DNA from: an uncultured delta proteobacterium
GTDB taxonomy: Bacteria > Desulfobacterota > Binatia > Binatales > Binataceae
Assembly: GCA_963749215.1 (NCBI GenBank)
Contig: CAVVMA010000015.1
Location: 67,467-131,466 of the forward strand
Direction of reading: 5' to 3'
DNA length: 64,000 nt
Below are positions 9,290-18,402 of this stretch, in pieces; the first letter of the stretch is position 1, and every line of letters begins with the position of its first letter. The notes under the pieces are model-generated. The model made no database searches and was not told the DNA's origin. It saw only the letters and a list, made by a program, of their open reading frames with translations. The position numbers and the translations under genes were made by a program.

Positions 9290-10120
9290 ATGGATTTCGC
9301 GGAAATAATCTACGAGAAGCAGGATCGAATCGCCACGGTCACGATGAACCGGCCGGATCGCCTAAACGCGTTCACGCCGCGGATGGGTGCGGAGATGAAG
9401 ACCGCGATGGTCGACGCGGATCGCGACCCGAGCATCCGCGCGATTATCGTGACCGGTGCGGGCCGCGGCTACTGCGCCGGAGCGGAAATGGGCAACCTGT
9501 CGAGCGTCGCGAGCGGAGGCACGCGGGCCACCGACGCGGTCGGCACGCCCTCCACGGACGACCGATGGCTCGACGAGCATCGCGGGGACTATCGGGGGCA
9601 GTTCTCCTGGCCGCTGGCGCTCAGTAAGCCCATCATCGCGGCGATCAACGGTGCGTGCGTGGGTCTGGGACTGACGCAGTCGCTCTACTACGACATCAGG
9701 ATCGCTTCGGAGAAGGCGCGCCTGGGGCTGATCTTCCCCCAGCGCGGTCTCGCGATCGAGCACGGCAGCAGTTGGATGCTCCCCAAAATCGTCGGGCTGA
9801 CCCGCGCGATGGAAATGGCGGTCACCGGACGGCTGCTCGAAGCCAGGGAGGCGCTCGAGATCGGCCTGGTCACGCGCGTGGTCCCGCCCGATCAGGTGAT
9901 TCCGACGGCGCGGGAAATCGCTACCGAGATCGCGAACAAATGCTCGCCGCTCGGGGTTGCGCAGGCTCGCCGCCTGGTCTATCGGCATCTGTTCACCGAC
10001 CTCGCGACCGCGATCAAGGAGGACGATGAAACGATGGTCCGGATGCTGGGCTCGGAGGACTTCAAGGAGGGCGTCAAGGCGTTCATGGAGAAACGCGCGC
10101 CACGCTGGCCGGGCCGCTGA
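9290..10120 (+). CDS. Enoyl-CoA hydratase/isomerase family protein
   Basis: IATVTMNRPDRLNAF, AIIVTGAGRGYCAGAE, FKEGVKAFMEKRAPRW. Confidence 0.85.
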   Translation: MDFAEIIYEKQDRIATVTMNRPDRLNAFTPRMGAEMKTAMVDADRDPSIRAIIVTGAGRGYCAGAEMGNLSSVASGGTRATDAVGTPSTDDRWLDEHRGDYRGQFSWPLALSKPIIAAINGACVGLGLTQSLYYDIRIASEKARLGLIFPQRGLAIEHGSSWMLPKIVGLTRAMEMAVTGRLLEAREALEIGLVTRVVPPDQVIPTAREIATEIANKCSPLGVAQARRLVYRHLFTDLATAIKEDDETMVRMLGSEDFKEGVKAFMEKRAPRWPGR

Positions 10121-10338
10121 GCGTATCAGGGATGTACCAAATGGGATGTCCGAGCGGCCGACTTTCTACTTTGACGAAGCAAAATCTCCGTGTAGTGTTG
10201 ATCTACGGGCGGCATGCGAGTTGCTGTGCTAAAATGGGGCAATGGGTGAGGAGGATTCGCCCGGTCGGCAGGTCGTTAAGAAACGGAAGCGATTGGCCGA
10301 CGTAGCATCAACAGGACATCCAACAGGAGACAAACGAA

Positions 10339-10695
10339 ATGCTCGTACGACGGAAGGAATTTCTTGGAACAGTCGGCCTGATGCTGGCTGCCACCCTCTT
10401 CCTGGCCGGCTGTTCGGGACAACCGCTATCAACTCGTGAGGAAGGCGCAGGCGTTGGAACCGTGCTCGGGGCCGGCACCGGCGCGATAATCGGCGCCGCG
10501 GTCGGCCATCCTCTGGCCGGTGCGGCGATCGGCGGCGCGCTCGGTCTCGGCGGCGGCGCGGTGGTCGGGAACCAGATGCAGAATCAGGAAACCCAGCAGA
10601 ACCAGACTCAAGGGCAAATCCAGCAGCAGCAGCAAGAGATCGAACAGCAGCGCCAGCAGATCGAGCAAATGAAGCAGCAGCAGGAAACTGAATAG
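10339..10695 (+). CDS. Glycine-zipper lipoprotein with a Gln-rich coiled-coil tail
   Basis: Lipobox LFLAGC, GAGTGAIIGAAVGHPLAGAAIGGALGLGGGAVVG, then a QQQQQEIEQQRQQIEQMKQQQ tail. Confidence 0.7.
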   Translation: MLVRRKEFLGTVGLMLAATLFLAGCSGQPLSTREEGAGVGTVLGAGTGAIIGAAVGHPLAGAAIGGALGLGGGAVVGNQMQNQETQQNQTQGQIQQQQQEIEQQRQQIEQMKQQQETE

Positions 10696-10767
10696 AAGCC
10701 TGACGCTTTAGCAATCGTTGGGCGCGGTCATATTGTATCGCGTCGCGCGCAGCGTCCGGCGCGATGC

Positions 10768-11562
10768 TCACCCGGCGGCGGGACGGCATAGCTTGCACGG
10801 ACGCATCCCAGCCCGCCGCGCATGGGCCGGGTCCGCGAACACCAGCAGTTTCGACCGATTCGCGCGCTGCGCCGCGTGACATTCGGGCCGGCAATAGATT
10901 CCCGTGCCGCGATGGCCGAACACGACGTGGAGCAGGTTTTGGCTGTCGATCTCGAAGCCCTCGGCGCGCAGTAATTTGATCTTGCGGCCTGGCCCGCCGC
11001 CGTAGTTTCCCACCAGATAGTCCGACCGCACCACGCGATGGCACGGGACGTACACCGGGATCGGATTGGTCGCCATCGCGGTGCCGACCGCACGCTGCGC
11101 ATTGGGAGCACCGGCCGCCGCCGCCAGCGCCTGATAGGTCACGACCGACCCGGATGGAACCTCGCACAGCCGCCTCAGCGCCTCGCGGCGGAAGTCGCTG
11201 TCGACCAGGCTCAGATCGACTCGGCGCGTCAATGCGCCGGTGTCGCCCTCGAGCAGCCGCCGAATCTCTCCCACGACCGGCTCTACCGCGTGCGGGTCCT
11301 TGATCGGGTCGAATTTCTGCCTGAGCTTTTCGAGTTGCCCCGCGGTATCGCCGCTGTCCATGTAGTGGACCATCACGAGGCCCCTGGGACCCTCGGCGAT
11401 CAGCAGCGGGCCGAGCGGGGATCGAAACGCGCCGACCGCGACTTCGGGCCGGCGAACGATCGCGAACTTACGCTCGAGTTGGGCGTGAGCCTTGCGCAGC
11501 AGCCCGTCGACAATCGCGTTGTCGGACGCGCCGTCCAGCTCCGGACTTGAGATTGACCATTT
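10768..11562 (-). CDS. Methylated-DNA-protein-cysteine methyltransferase fused to a C-terminal Ada-type Zn methyl-phosphotriester domain; start codon unresolved
   Basis: PCHRVV active site. C-terminus TGIYCRPECHAAQRANRSKLLVFADPAHARRAGMRPCKLCRP has the four Ada Cys residues. An N-domain-like SPLGPLLIAEGPRGLV is encoded upstream of the first ATG/GTG (11376), in the same frame as and directly after the sigma-factor TGA. Confidence 0.7.
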   Translation of the reverse strand, partial: KWSISSPELDGASDNAIVDGLLRKAHAQLERKFAIVRRPEVAVGAFRSPLGPLLIAEGPRGLVMVHYMDSGDTAGQLEKLRQKFDPIKDPHAVEPVVGEIRRLLEGDTGALTRRVDLSLVDSDFRREALRRLCEVPSGSVVTYQALAAAAGAPNAQRAVGTAMATNPIPVYVPCHRVVRSDYLVGNYGGGPGRKIKLLRAEGFEIDSQNLLHVVFGHRGTGIYCRPECHAAQRANRSKLLVFADPAHARRAGMRPCKLCRPAAG

Positions 11563-12150
11563 TCATCTGGCGGCCTCCAGTTTTTTCATCGCCTTGAAGA
11601 CGCTGGCGCGCGCGCTTTCGTTGGAGCATCCGAGTGCCGCGCCGATTTCGCCGTAATCGAGCCCGCCGAATTTCCGCATCATAAGCGCCATCCGCTGCTT
11701 GTGCGGGAGCCTCGCCACCATCCGCCTGATGTGAATCACGCCGTCGGAGCCCGCGGTTCCGGGCGCCGCCATCGAATCGGCGTGGACCGCGAGATCGGCG
11801 GGCGTCATCACCCGCGCGCGCCGGAGATTGTCGCGCGCGCGATTGCGGCAGAGATTGGTCGCAATCCGGTAGAGCCACGGTTTGAGCCCGTCGGCGGACT
11901 TGACCTGCGGGTACGCGCGATAGGCTCGCAGCCAGGTTTCCTGGAACAGGTCGAGCGCATCGTCGCGATCGGTCGTCATCCGGAGCAGGTATCGCATGAT
12001 CGCGCGCTCGTGGATTTGAACCGCCTCCTCGAACGGGGGCGGCAGGCGAAAGCTTTCGTTCAGGCCCATCGTGACTGTTATAACCCCGCAGGCACCATCG
12101 GCGTGAACCGGGGAAGTAAGGTCCCGGACTGCGGCGTTCCATCGCTTCAA
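11563..12150 (-). CDS. ECF-type RNA polymerase sigma-70 family factor
   Basis: DDALDLFQETWLRAYRAY, LKPWLYRIATNLCRNRARD, LPHKQRMALMMRKFGGLDYGEIGAALGCSNESARASVFKAMKKL. An alternative start is the ATG at 12069. Confidence 0.85.
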   Translation of the reverse strand: MKRWNAAVRDLTSPVHADGACGVITVTMGLNESFRLPPPFEEAVQIHERAIMRYLLRMTTDRDDALDLFQETWLRAYRAYPQVKSADGLKPWLYRIATNLCRNRARDNLRRARVMTPADLAVHADSMAAPGTAGSDGVIHIRRMVARLPHKQRMALMMRKFGGLDYGEIGAALGCSNESARASVFKAMKKLEAAR

Positions 12151-12217
12151 CGCCGCTTCTATTTGGGCACAAGCTGCGTTATGACTTGCCCATCAAGCTG
12201 ATCGTTACGAGGGTGAA

Positions 12218-13411
12218 ATGGATTTCACGCTTCCGCCAAAAGTAGAGGAATACCGGCGCCGGGTATCGGCCTTCATGGACGAGCACGTGTATCCGGCCGA
12301 GACGGCACTGCATCAGCATTTTCTCAGCAACAGCCACGAAGAGCCGCAGCTTCTCAAGGACATCAGGAAAAAGGCCAAAGCCCAAGGGCTCTGGAACCTG
12401 TTCCTGCCCGACGAAAGGCACGGCGCCGGGCTCAAGAATTACGAGTACGCGCCGCTGTGCGAAATCATGGGCCGCAGCGGGATCGGCGCGCGCGCCTTCA
12501 ACTGCATGGCGCCCGATACCGGCAACATGGAAATCCTGGCCGAGTTCGGCTCGCCCGAGCAGAAGCATCGATGGCTCCAGCCGTGCCTGGACGGCGAAAT
12601 CCGGACCTGCTTTTCGATGACCGAGCCGGAGACCGCCGGCTCCGATCCGACCCAGCTCCGGACTCGCGCCGTGCGCGACGGCGACGACTACGTGATCAAC
12701 GGCCATAAGTGGTTCACCTCGGGCGCGATCGGTTCTGCGTTCGCGATCGCGATGGTGGTGACGGATCCCGACGCGCCGCCCCATCGCCGCGCCAGCCAGA
12801 TTATCGTCCCGACCGACACCCCCGGCTTCAATATCGTGCGCGCAGTGCCGGTGATGGGTCACACCGGCGGCGGGGGCCATTGCGAAATCCTCTACAAGGA
12901 CTGCCGCGTGCCGGCCACCAACCTGCTGGGCGGCGAGGGCGACGGCTTCGGAATCGCGCAGGCGCGCCTGGGCCCCGGCCGAATCCATCATTGCATGCGG
13001 ACTATCGGCGTCGCCGAGCGCGCGCTGGAGCTGGTCTGCAAGCGCGCCAACACCCGTTACACGCACGGCAGCTATCTCAAGGACAAGGCGAATATCCAGG
13101 AGTGGATCGCGGACTCGCGAATCGAAATCGACTCGACGCGCCTGATGGTGATGCATGCGGCGTGGAAGATGGACACCGCCGGCAAGCGCGAATCGCGCCA
13201 GGAAATCGCGATGATCAAGGTGATGGCGGCGAATATGGTGATGCGGGTGCTCGACCGCGCGATCCAGGTTTTCGGCGCGGCCGGCGTCAGCGACGACACG
13301 CCGATCGCCGGGATGTGGCGCAACAGCCGCGCGCTGCGGATCGCCGACGGTCCCGACGAGGTCCATCGGATGACGATCGCGCGGCGCGAACTGCGCCGCT
13401 GGGCCGAATAG
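12218..13411 (+). CDS. Acyl-CoA dehydrogenase family protein
   Basis: CFSMTEPETAGSDP, KWFTSGA, QVFGAAGVSDDTPIAGMWRNSRALRIADGPDEVH. Confidence 0.9.
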   Translation: MDFTLPPKVEEYRRRVSAFMDEHVYPAETALHQHFLSNSHEEPQLLKDIRKKAKAQGLWNLFLPDERHGAGLKNYEYAPLCEIMGRSGIGARAFNCMAPDTGNMEILAEFGSPEQKHRWLQPCLDGEIRTCFSMTEPETAGSDPTQLRTRAVRDGDDYVINGHKWFTSGAIGSAFAIAMVVTDPDAPPHRRASQIIVPTDTPGFNIVRAVPVMGHTGGGGHCEILYKDCRVPATNLLGGEGDGFGIAQARLGPGRIHHCMRTIGVAERALELVCKRANTRYTHGSYLKDKANIQEWIADSRIEIDSTRLMVMHAAWKMDTAGKRESRQEIAMIKVMAANMVMRVLDRAIQVFGAAGVSDDTPIAGMWRNSRALRIADGPDEVHRMTIARRELRRWAE

Positions 13412-13430
13412 GATCGGAGACGCTCCACCG

Positions 13431-14526
13431 ATGCCCGAAGCGATCGAAATAACTCCCGAATACGGCGAGGTAAGGTCGGAGGAGCAGCTCGACTGGAGCA
13501 AGCTCGCGGCCTACCTGCGCGACAAGCTCCCCGGCGCCGACGCTGCGCTCGAGGTCCTGCAATTTCGCGGCGGCCATTCCAATCTCACCTACCTGCTGCG
13601 CTTCGGCGCACAGGAATGGGTGATGCGCCGCCCGCCGTTCGGGCCGCTGCCGGTCGGCGGTCACGACATGGGCCGCGAGTATCGCGTGCTCTCGCGGCTG
13701 TGGAAGGCGTTCAAGCCGGCGCCGCGCGGGATGCTCTATTGCGAGGACGCTTCGATAATCGGCGCACCGTTTTTCGTGATGGAGCGGCGGGTCGGAATCC
13801 TGATCCGGATGCGCCAGCCGCTGCCGCCCGAGATTCCCAACGACCCGGCGGTCTTCCGGCGAATCTCCGAGGGCTTCATCGACACGCTCGCCGACCTGCA
13901 CGCGGTCGATTACGAAAGTATCGGACTGGGCGATCTCGGCAAGCCGGCCGGTTTCGTTGAACGTCAGATCAAGGGATGGATGCAGCGCTGGGAAAAGGCC
14001 AAGACCCGCGAAGTCCCCTTGATGAACAAGCTCGGCGCCTGGTTCCTGGAGCACCTGCCCGAATCGCCGCGCGCCGGCGCTGATCCATAACGACTTCTAC
14101 CTGCACAACATCATGCTCGCCGCGGACGATCCGGGGAAGGTGGTCGGAGTGTTCGACTGGGAGATGTCGACGATCGGCGACCCGCTGATCGATCTCGGCG
14201 TCTCGCTGGGCTATTGGCGCGATCGCACCGACCCGCCCGACATCCTCGACCTGAGCCAGGGCCACGTTCACACAATCGCGCCCGGCTTCATGACCCGCGA
14301 CGAGATGGCCGCCCGCTACGCAAAGCGCACCGGCCGCGACCTGAGCCAGATGGCCTTCTACCGCGCATGGGCCCACTGGAAGAACGCGACCGTGGTCGAG
14401 CAGATCTACGCGCGCTACGCGCGCGGCCAGACCAGCGACCCACGCTTCGCCCTGATGGGCAACCAGGCCCCCGCGCTGGCGCGCGGAGCGGCAATGGTCG
14501 CCGCGCAACTGGGGTTCCGCGAGTAG
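13431..14526 (+). CDS. Phosphotransferase (APH/choline-kinase-like) family protein, apparent 1-nt frameshift near 14070
   Basis: The first ORF has GGHSNLTYLL. The second frame reads APALIHNDFYLHNIMLAADDPGKVVGVFDWEMSTIGDPLIDLG (catalytic loop). The two frames join at a CG run at 14066-14080. Confidence 0.8.
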
Positions 14527-15183
14527 ACGACCCCGATCCGCGCCCTCACTTGGGGTGACGGCGAAGGCCGCGGAGCGCCGCGTTTGCAGTCTCGAACGGT
14601 CCCAGAACCCGCCCGGACAATTCATTTGGGTCTTCGGTGACAGGTGCATCCGTTGCCGTCGATTCGGGCCGCCGGGTGTGCAACCCTCGACGGCCCCACC
14701 GTTAGTTAGGATTTTGAATTTGGTGGCAGGCGCGCTAGAAATGGCGATGAAGCCGCGCACCGCGTAAGCGGTGAACATTAACTATCTCCTAAGGTGGTTT
14801 TGGTTCTTCAGGCCGTTCCAGCGGGGTGCCTCCCGCTGGGCGACCAAATCCTCAAGCCATGTGATTGACCGACCGCTGTGCGGTCTCTCGTGCTGTCTTT
14901 TCGCCGGGCACAGTCATCCGAAACTTGCCTGCCCGACGCTCACCTATTTTGTTCCATAGGTCGCCAGTGACTTTCGTCGTGATCTCGTCGATTCGGCACG
15001 TTCACCCCTGATCGCTTCAGGACTTGAAGCAATTCGCCAACAGGAATCAAATCCTCACCACGTATGACCTTGTGTCCGAGCAAGAGAAGCAGGAACGCCA
15101 TGTTAAGCGTTTAATGGAGCACTTGTGGGACAACCTTGGGCCATCCGCACCTGCTGTGGTAAAATCACCGATTCGTCGCGCCC

Positions 15184-15858
15184 ATGCTCTGCATCTACTG
15201 CTCGGCTGATGCCGCAAAAGTCACAAAGCGGGAATTCCCTCGCCTGCGCCGAACTTACGTCATCTGCGGCAGTTGCGGAAAAGCGCAGCAACGCCCCAGT
15301 TTGCTGAAGGCCGGAAAAGGTAAACGGGCGGCTGATCGGGCACGACTCTGGAAGGCGTTGTCTATAGACATTGCCAAACGGAAGTTCAAAATACTCGTAT
15401 GGGGACCGAATCCGCGGTCGGGAAATGCGGCGGCATTGAAGAGAGTGGAAATTAGAGACGAACTGCGAAAGATGGGTCACGACGCTTTCTTTAGCGAAGA
15501 TATGGCGATACCGGGTGTCCCTGCAAATGTTGTAGAACAGGCCCAGCAAAAGCTCGTGCACTTGGTGATAAACATTGCTGCCTCGCCGGGTTCGATGGCG
15601 GAGTTTGAAAATTATGGTATCAGGTTGGGGAGACGACACTTGGTATTTCTCAACGCCGCCGCGCGCGGCGGCTTTACGGATCAGGGGACTCTTCAGCTCT
15701 TCCGAGCGAATGGTGGTTTCGATGAGTTTTTCAAGGACGACGATCTGAATTCCTGCGCAGTGAAGTTGGCGGCGGTGGACTGGGTTGTAGAGAAAAGCTA
15801 CTTACAGGCATGGGTAGCGCAGTTGGAGGAGACAGCGAAGGAAGTGTCTCTCGTTTAA
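15184..15858 (+). CDS. Zn-ribbon fused to a Rossmann-like domain resembling the nucleoside 2-deoxyribosyltransferase / TIR / SLOG superfamily
   Basis: CIYC..(21 aa)..CGSC, then FKILVWGPNP..EIRDELRKMGHDAFFSED..VHLVINIAASPGSMAEFENYGIRLGRRHLVFL. Lies in a lower-GC islet. The fold assignment comes from motif pattern only. Confidence 0.5.
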   Translation: MLCIYCSADAAKVTKREFPRLRRTYVICGSCGKAQQRPSLLKAGKGKRAADRARLWKALSIDIAKRKFKILVWGPNPRSGNAAALKRVEIRDELRKMGHDAFFSEDMAIPGVPANVVEQAQQKLVHLVINIAASPGSMAEFENYGIRLGRRHLVFLNAAARGGFTDQGTLQLFRANGGFDEFFKDDDLNSCAVKLAAVDWVVEKSYLQAWVAQLEETAKEVSLV

Positions 15859-15884
15859 CAATCCCAAGGAACGGTCATACCGCA

Positions 15885-16406
15885 ATGGACGCACCGCAGC
15901 TACGAGACACACAAATACAGAATTTTTTTCGTTCGATCCGCGATGAAGACAGCTTCACGATCGTGTACGAAATCGCACATACCCACGATCCTGTTGCGAT
16001 CGAGGATTTGTGCCGGACATTCGGCGCGGAAGCAGGCTATCTCAAAGGCATCCTCCTGCGGCTCGACCGGCTTGGGGTCATCACAAAGGCGGGGAAAAGA
16101 TGGACGATCCATGCATGGGCGAAGGCAACCCTTGAATTCCTCGAAGAACGTATCGAGACCGCAGAATTGGAAGTGCCTGAAACGAGTTCGGATTCCGCCA
16201 CGATAAACTGTATTCCAGAGGCAACAATCTCAGTGCCGCCTGGAACATGCAATGGCTTGTGGACTGGCGCAGTGTCTCACGTGACAGCAGCTGATCACTT
16301 GATCGGGTTTGGTGCGGGTGGCGGCACCATCGCCGATACGCGCAAACTTGCCCCCGAAAATTCCTACAGAGGGCAAAATGAATCACGAACTCACGATTAT
16401 AAGTGA
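15885..16406 (+). CDS. Winged-helix DNA-binding protein (hypothetical)
   Basis: MDAPQLRDTQIQNFFRSIRDEDSFTIVYEIAHTHDPVAIEDLCRTFGAEAGYLKGILLRLDRLGVITKAGKRWTIHAWAK. Start set at the internal ATG 15885. Confidence 0.5.
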   Translation: MDAPQLRDTQIQNFFRSIRDEDSFTIVYEIAHTHDPVAIEDLCRTFGAEAGYLKGILLRLDRLGVITKAGKRWTIHAWAKATLEFLEERIETAELEVPETSSDSATINCIPEATISVPPGTCNGLWTGAVSHVTAADHLIGFGAGGGTIADTRKLAPENSYRGQNESRTHDYK

Positions 16407-16785
16407 CGATCTGCGGCACGAACTCGGAAATAAATTCACGCTTGCCGGTATTTACGAAGAGGCTATTGTATTCCCTCAGTTGCCCAGTCGCATCCTGAAA
16501 TTGGCCTTTTATCAACGGTGGCTCGACATCTCAAATCTGCGGAAAGTGAGAGTAGAGCTTCGCGGTTCGGCTATGGGCGAAACCGTCCTTCGGGCGGAAG
16601 CGAGGCCGACCGAGCAACAGCCTGATAAACCACATCCGGTACGTATATACATTTTCTTTGGCCCTCTAGATTTTCTCAAAGAGGGCGCAATCGAGTTCCA
16701 CACATTTTTCAGTGACGATACCAAGCCACACTGGGTTCATCAGTTGGGGGTCAAGGTCGATCCGAACATAAGAACGCAGCCCTGA
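16378..16785 (+). CDS. Small beta-rich protein, DUF6941-like (hypothetical)
   Basis: MNHELTIISDDLRHELGNKFTLAGIYEEAIVFPQLPSRILKLAFYQRW..VRVELRG. RBS GAGGG lies upstream of ATG 16378. Overlaps the previous ORF by 29 nt. Confidence 0.45.
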   Translation: MNHELTIISDDLRHELGNKFTLAGIYEEAIVFPQLPSRILKLAFYQRWLDISNLRKVRVELRGSAMGETVLRAEARPTEQQPDKPHPVRIYIFFGPLDFLKEGAIEFHTFFSDDTKPHWVHQLGVKVDPNIRTQP

Positions 16786-16934
16786 CCCCCCCCTATCCCC
16801 TCAGCAACACACGATCAGCCCACTACCGCCCGCGCGATGCGCGCGCTCTTAATTGCCGCGAGGCTGCGAGATACGCTATCTAGAGATGTTCCGGGCCGCG
16901 AGCGACGCCGCCCGATTGCGGAGGATTTTCAACT

Positions 16935-17804
16935 TTGCACGAAATTCAGTACGAGGCTCCGGCGACGTTGGATCAGGCGCTCAAGCTGCTCGGCAGCTTG
17001 GGCGAGAAGGCGCGTCCGCTATGCGGCGGCACCGACATCCTGATCCAGATGCGCGCCGGCGTGCGGCGCCAGGAGCATCTGGTCGACGTCAAGTGGATTC
17101 CCGAGTTGCGACAGCTTAGCTTCGATCCGAAAACCGGCTTACGGCTGGGCGCCGCCGTTCCGTGTATCGAAGTTTATGAAAACCCCGCGATGCACAAGCA
17201 TTACCCCGGTCTGACCGAAGCGGCCCATCTGATCGGTTCGCTCCAGATTCAGAATCGCGCTTCGATCGGCGGCAATCTCTGCAACGGCTCGCCCGCCGCC
17301 GACACCACGCCGGCGCTGATCGCGCTGGGCGCGGTCGCAAAAATCGCCGGCCCCAGGGGTATGCGTGAGGTCCCGACCGAGAGCTTCGTGCTCTCGCCGG
17401 GACGCACGGTGCTGCAACCCGGCGAGTTGCTGGTCGAGTTTCTCATTGCCGCTCCGCGGCCCCATTCGTCGGACGCCTATCTGCGGCTGATCCCGCGCAA
17501 CGAGATGGATATCGCGGTAGTGGGCGTGGGAGCGTCGGTCACGATGGAGGGCGACAAATGCGTCGCGGCGCGAATCGCGCTCGCGGCAGTGGGGCCGACG
17601 CCGATTCTCGCGACCAAGGCGGCCGATGCGCTGATCGGGAAGAAGCTCGACGACGCGACGATCGCGAAATGCTGCCAGCTCGCGATCGATGCGAGCACGC
17701 CGATCGACGACATGCGCGGCACCGCGGAGTACCGGCGTCATATAGTCGGCGTGCTGACCCGGCGCGCGGTTACGATCGCGGCCGAACGCGCGCGCAAAAG
17801 CTGA
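16935..17804 (+). CDS. Xanthine dehydrogenase family FAD-binding (medium) subunit
   Basis: CGGTDILIQMR, ASIGGNLCNGSPAADT, DDMRGTAEYRRHIVGVL. TTG start preceded by GGAGGA. Confidence 0.9.
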   Translation: MHEIQYEAPATLDQALKLLGSLGEKARPLCGGTDILIQMRAGVRRQEHLVDVKWIPELRQLSFDPKTGLRLGAAVPCIEVYENPAMHKHYPGLTEAAHLIGSLQIQNRASIGGNLCNGSPAADTTPALIALGAVAKIAGPRGMREVPTESFVLSPGRTVLQPGELLVEFLIAAPRPHSSDAYLRLIPRNEMDIAVVGVGASVTMEGDKCVAARIALAAVGPTPILATKAADALIGKKLDDATIAKCCQLAIDASTPIDDMRGTAEYRRHIVGVLTRRAVTIAAERARKS

Positions 17805-17850
17805 CCGGCGGGGAACTAAAACCAACGGATAGGGATTACGGCAAAAAGTA

Positions 17851-18333
17851 ATGTCGAAGAAGATACAGGTAGAAGCGACGATCAACGGCGAGCCGGCCGA
17901 CTTTCTGTGCGAGCCGCGCCAGAGCCTGCTCGAAACCCTGCGCGACGTGCTCGAGCTTACCGGCTCGAAAGAAGGATGCCTGACCGGCGATTGCGGCGCG
18001 TGCAGCGTGCTGGTGGACGGGCGCGTGGTCTGCTCGTGCCTGATGCTCGGGGTCGAGGCACAGGGACGCGAGATCGTCACGATCGAGGGACTCGCCGACG
18101 GCGCCAGGCTTCATCCGCTGCAACAAAAGTTCCTCGAGGACGCGGCCCTTCAGTGCGGAATCTGCACGCCGGGATTTCTGATCTCGGCCAAGGCCCTGCT
18201 CGATCGCAATCCGAGCCCGAGCGAAGCCGAGATCCGCTACGCGCTGGCGGGAAATCTGTGCCGCTGCACCGGTTACGACAAGATCGTGCGCGCGGTGCAG
18301 GATGCGGCCAAGTCGATTTCAGGCGGCCGCTAG
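17851..18333 (+). CDS. (2Fe-2S)-binding small subunit of the molybdenum hydroxylase
   Basis: GCLTGDCGACSVLVDG and QCGICTPGF..GNLCRCTGY. Confidence 0.92.
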   Translation: MSKKIQVEATINGEPADFLCEPRQSLLETLRDVLELTGSKEGCLTGDCGACSVLVDGRVVCSCLMLGVEAQGREIVTIEGLADGARLHPLQQKFLEDAALQCGICTPGFLISAKALLDRNPSPSEAEIRYALAGNLCRCTGYDKIVRAVQDAAKSISGGR

Positions 18334-18402
18334 AGCCGCGTACTCTGCTCAAAATGTCGGAGAAAGCTCCGGATTGTAGCTAAGCGCATAGAGGTCCGAC
18401 CA

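Noticed and set aside
10590-10690. CAG-rich repeat, GGN run (30600-30670) and Pro-codon run (1190-1290), considered as possible tandem repeats or CRISPR-like arrays
   Set aside because: All are in-frame low-complexity coding segments (a Gln-rich tail, a Gly-rich RRM tail, a Pro linker). There is no repeat-spacer architecture anywhere in the window.
14786-15100. Minus-strand fragments considered as an integrase or TA remnant that would mark the cassette as a mobile element
   Set aside because: The sequences are too short and broken, with no diagnostic motif. No flanking direct repeats were found for the cassette.
15103-15639. A 178-aa minus-strand ORF in the low-GC cassette
   Set aside because: It is antisense to ORF1, whose Zn-ribbon and Rossmann-like pattern supports the plus strand. 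The minus product has no motifs.
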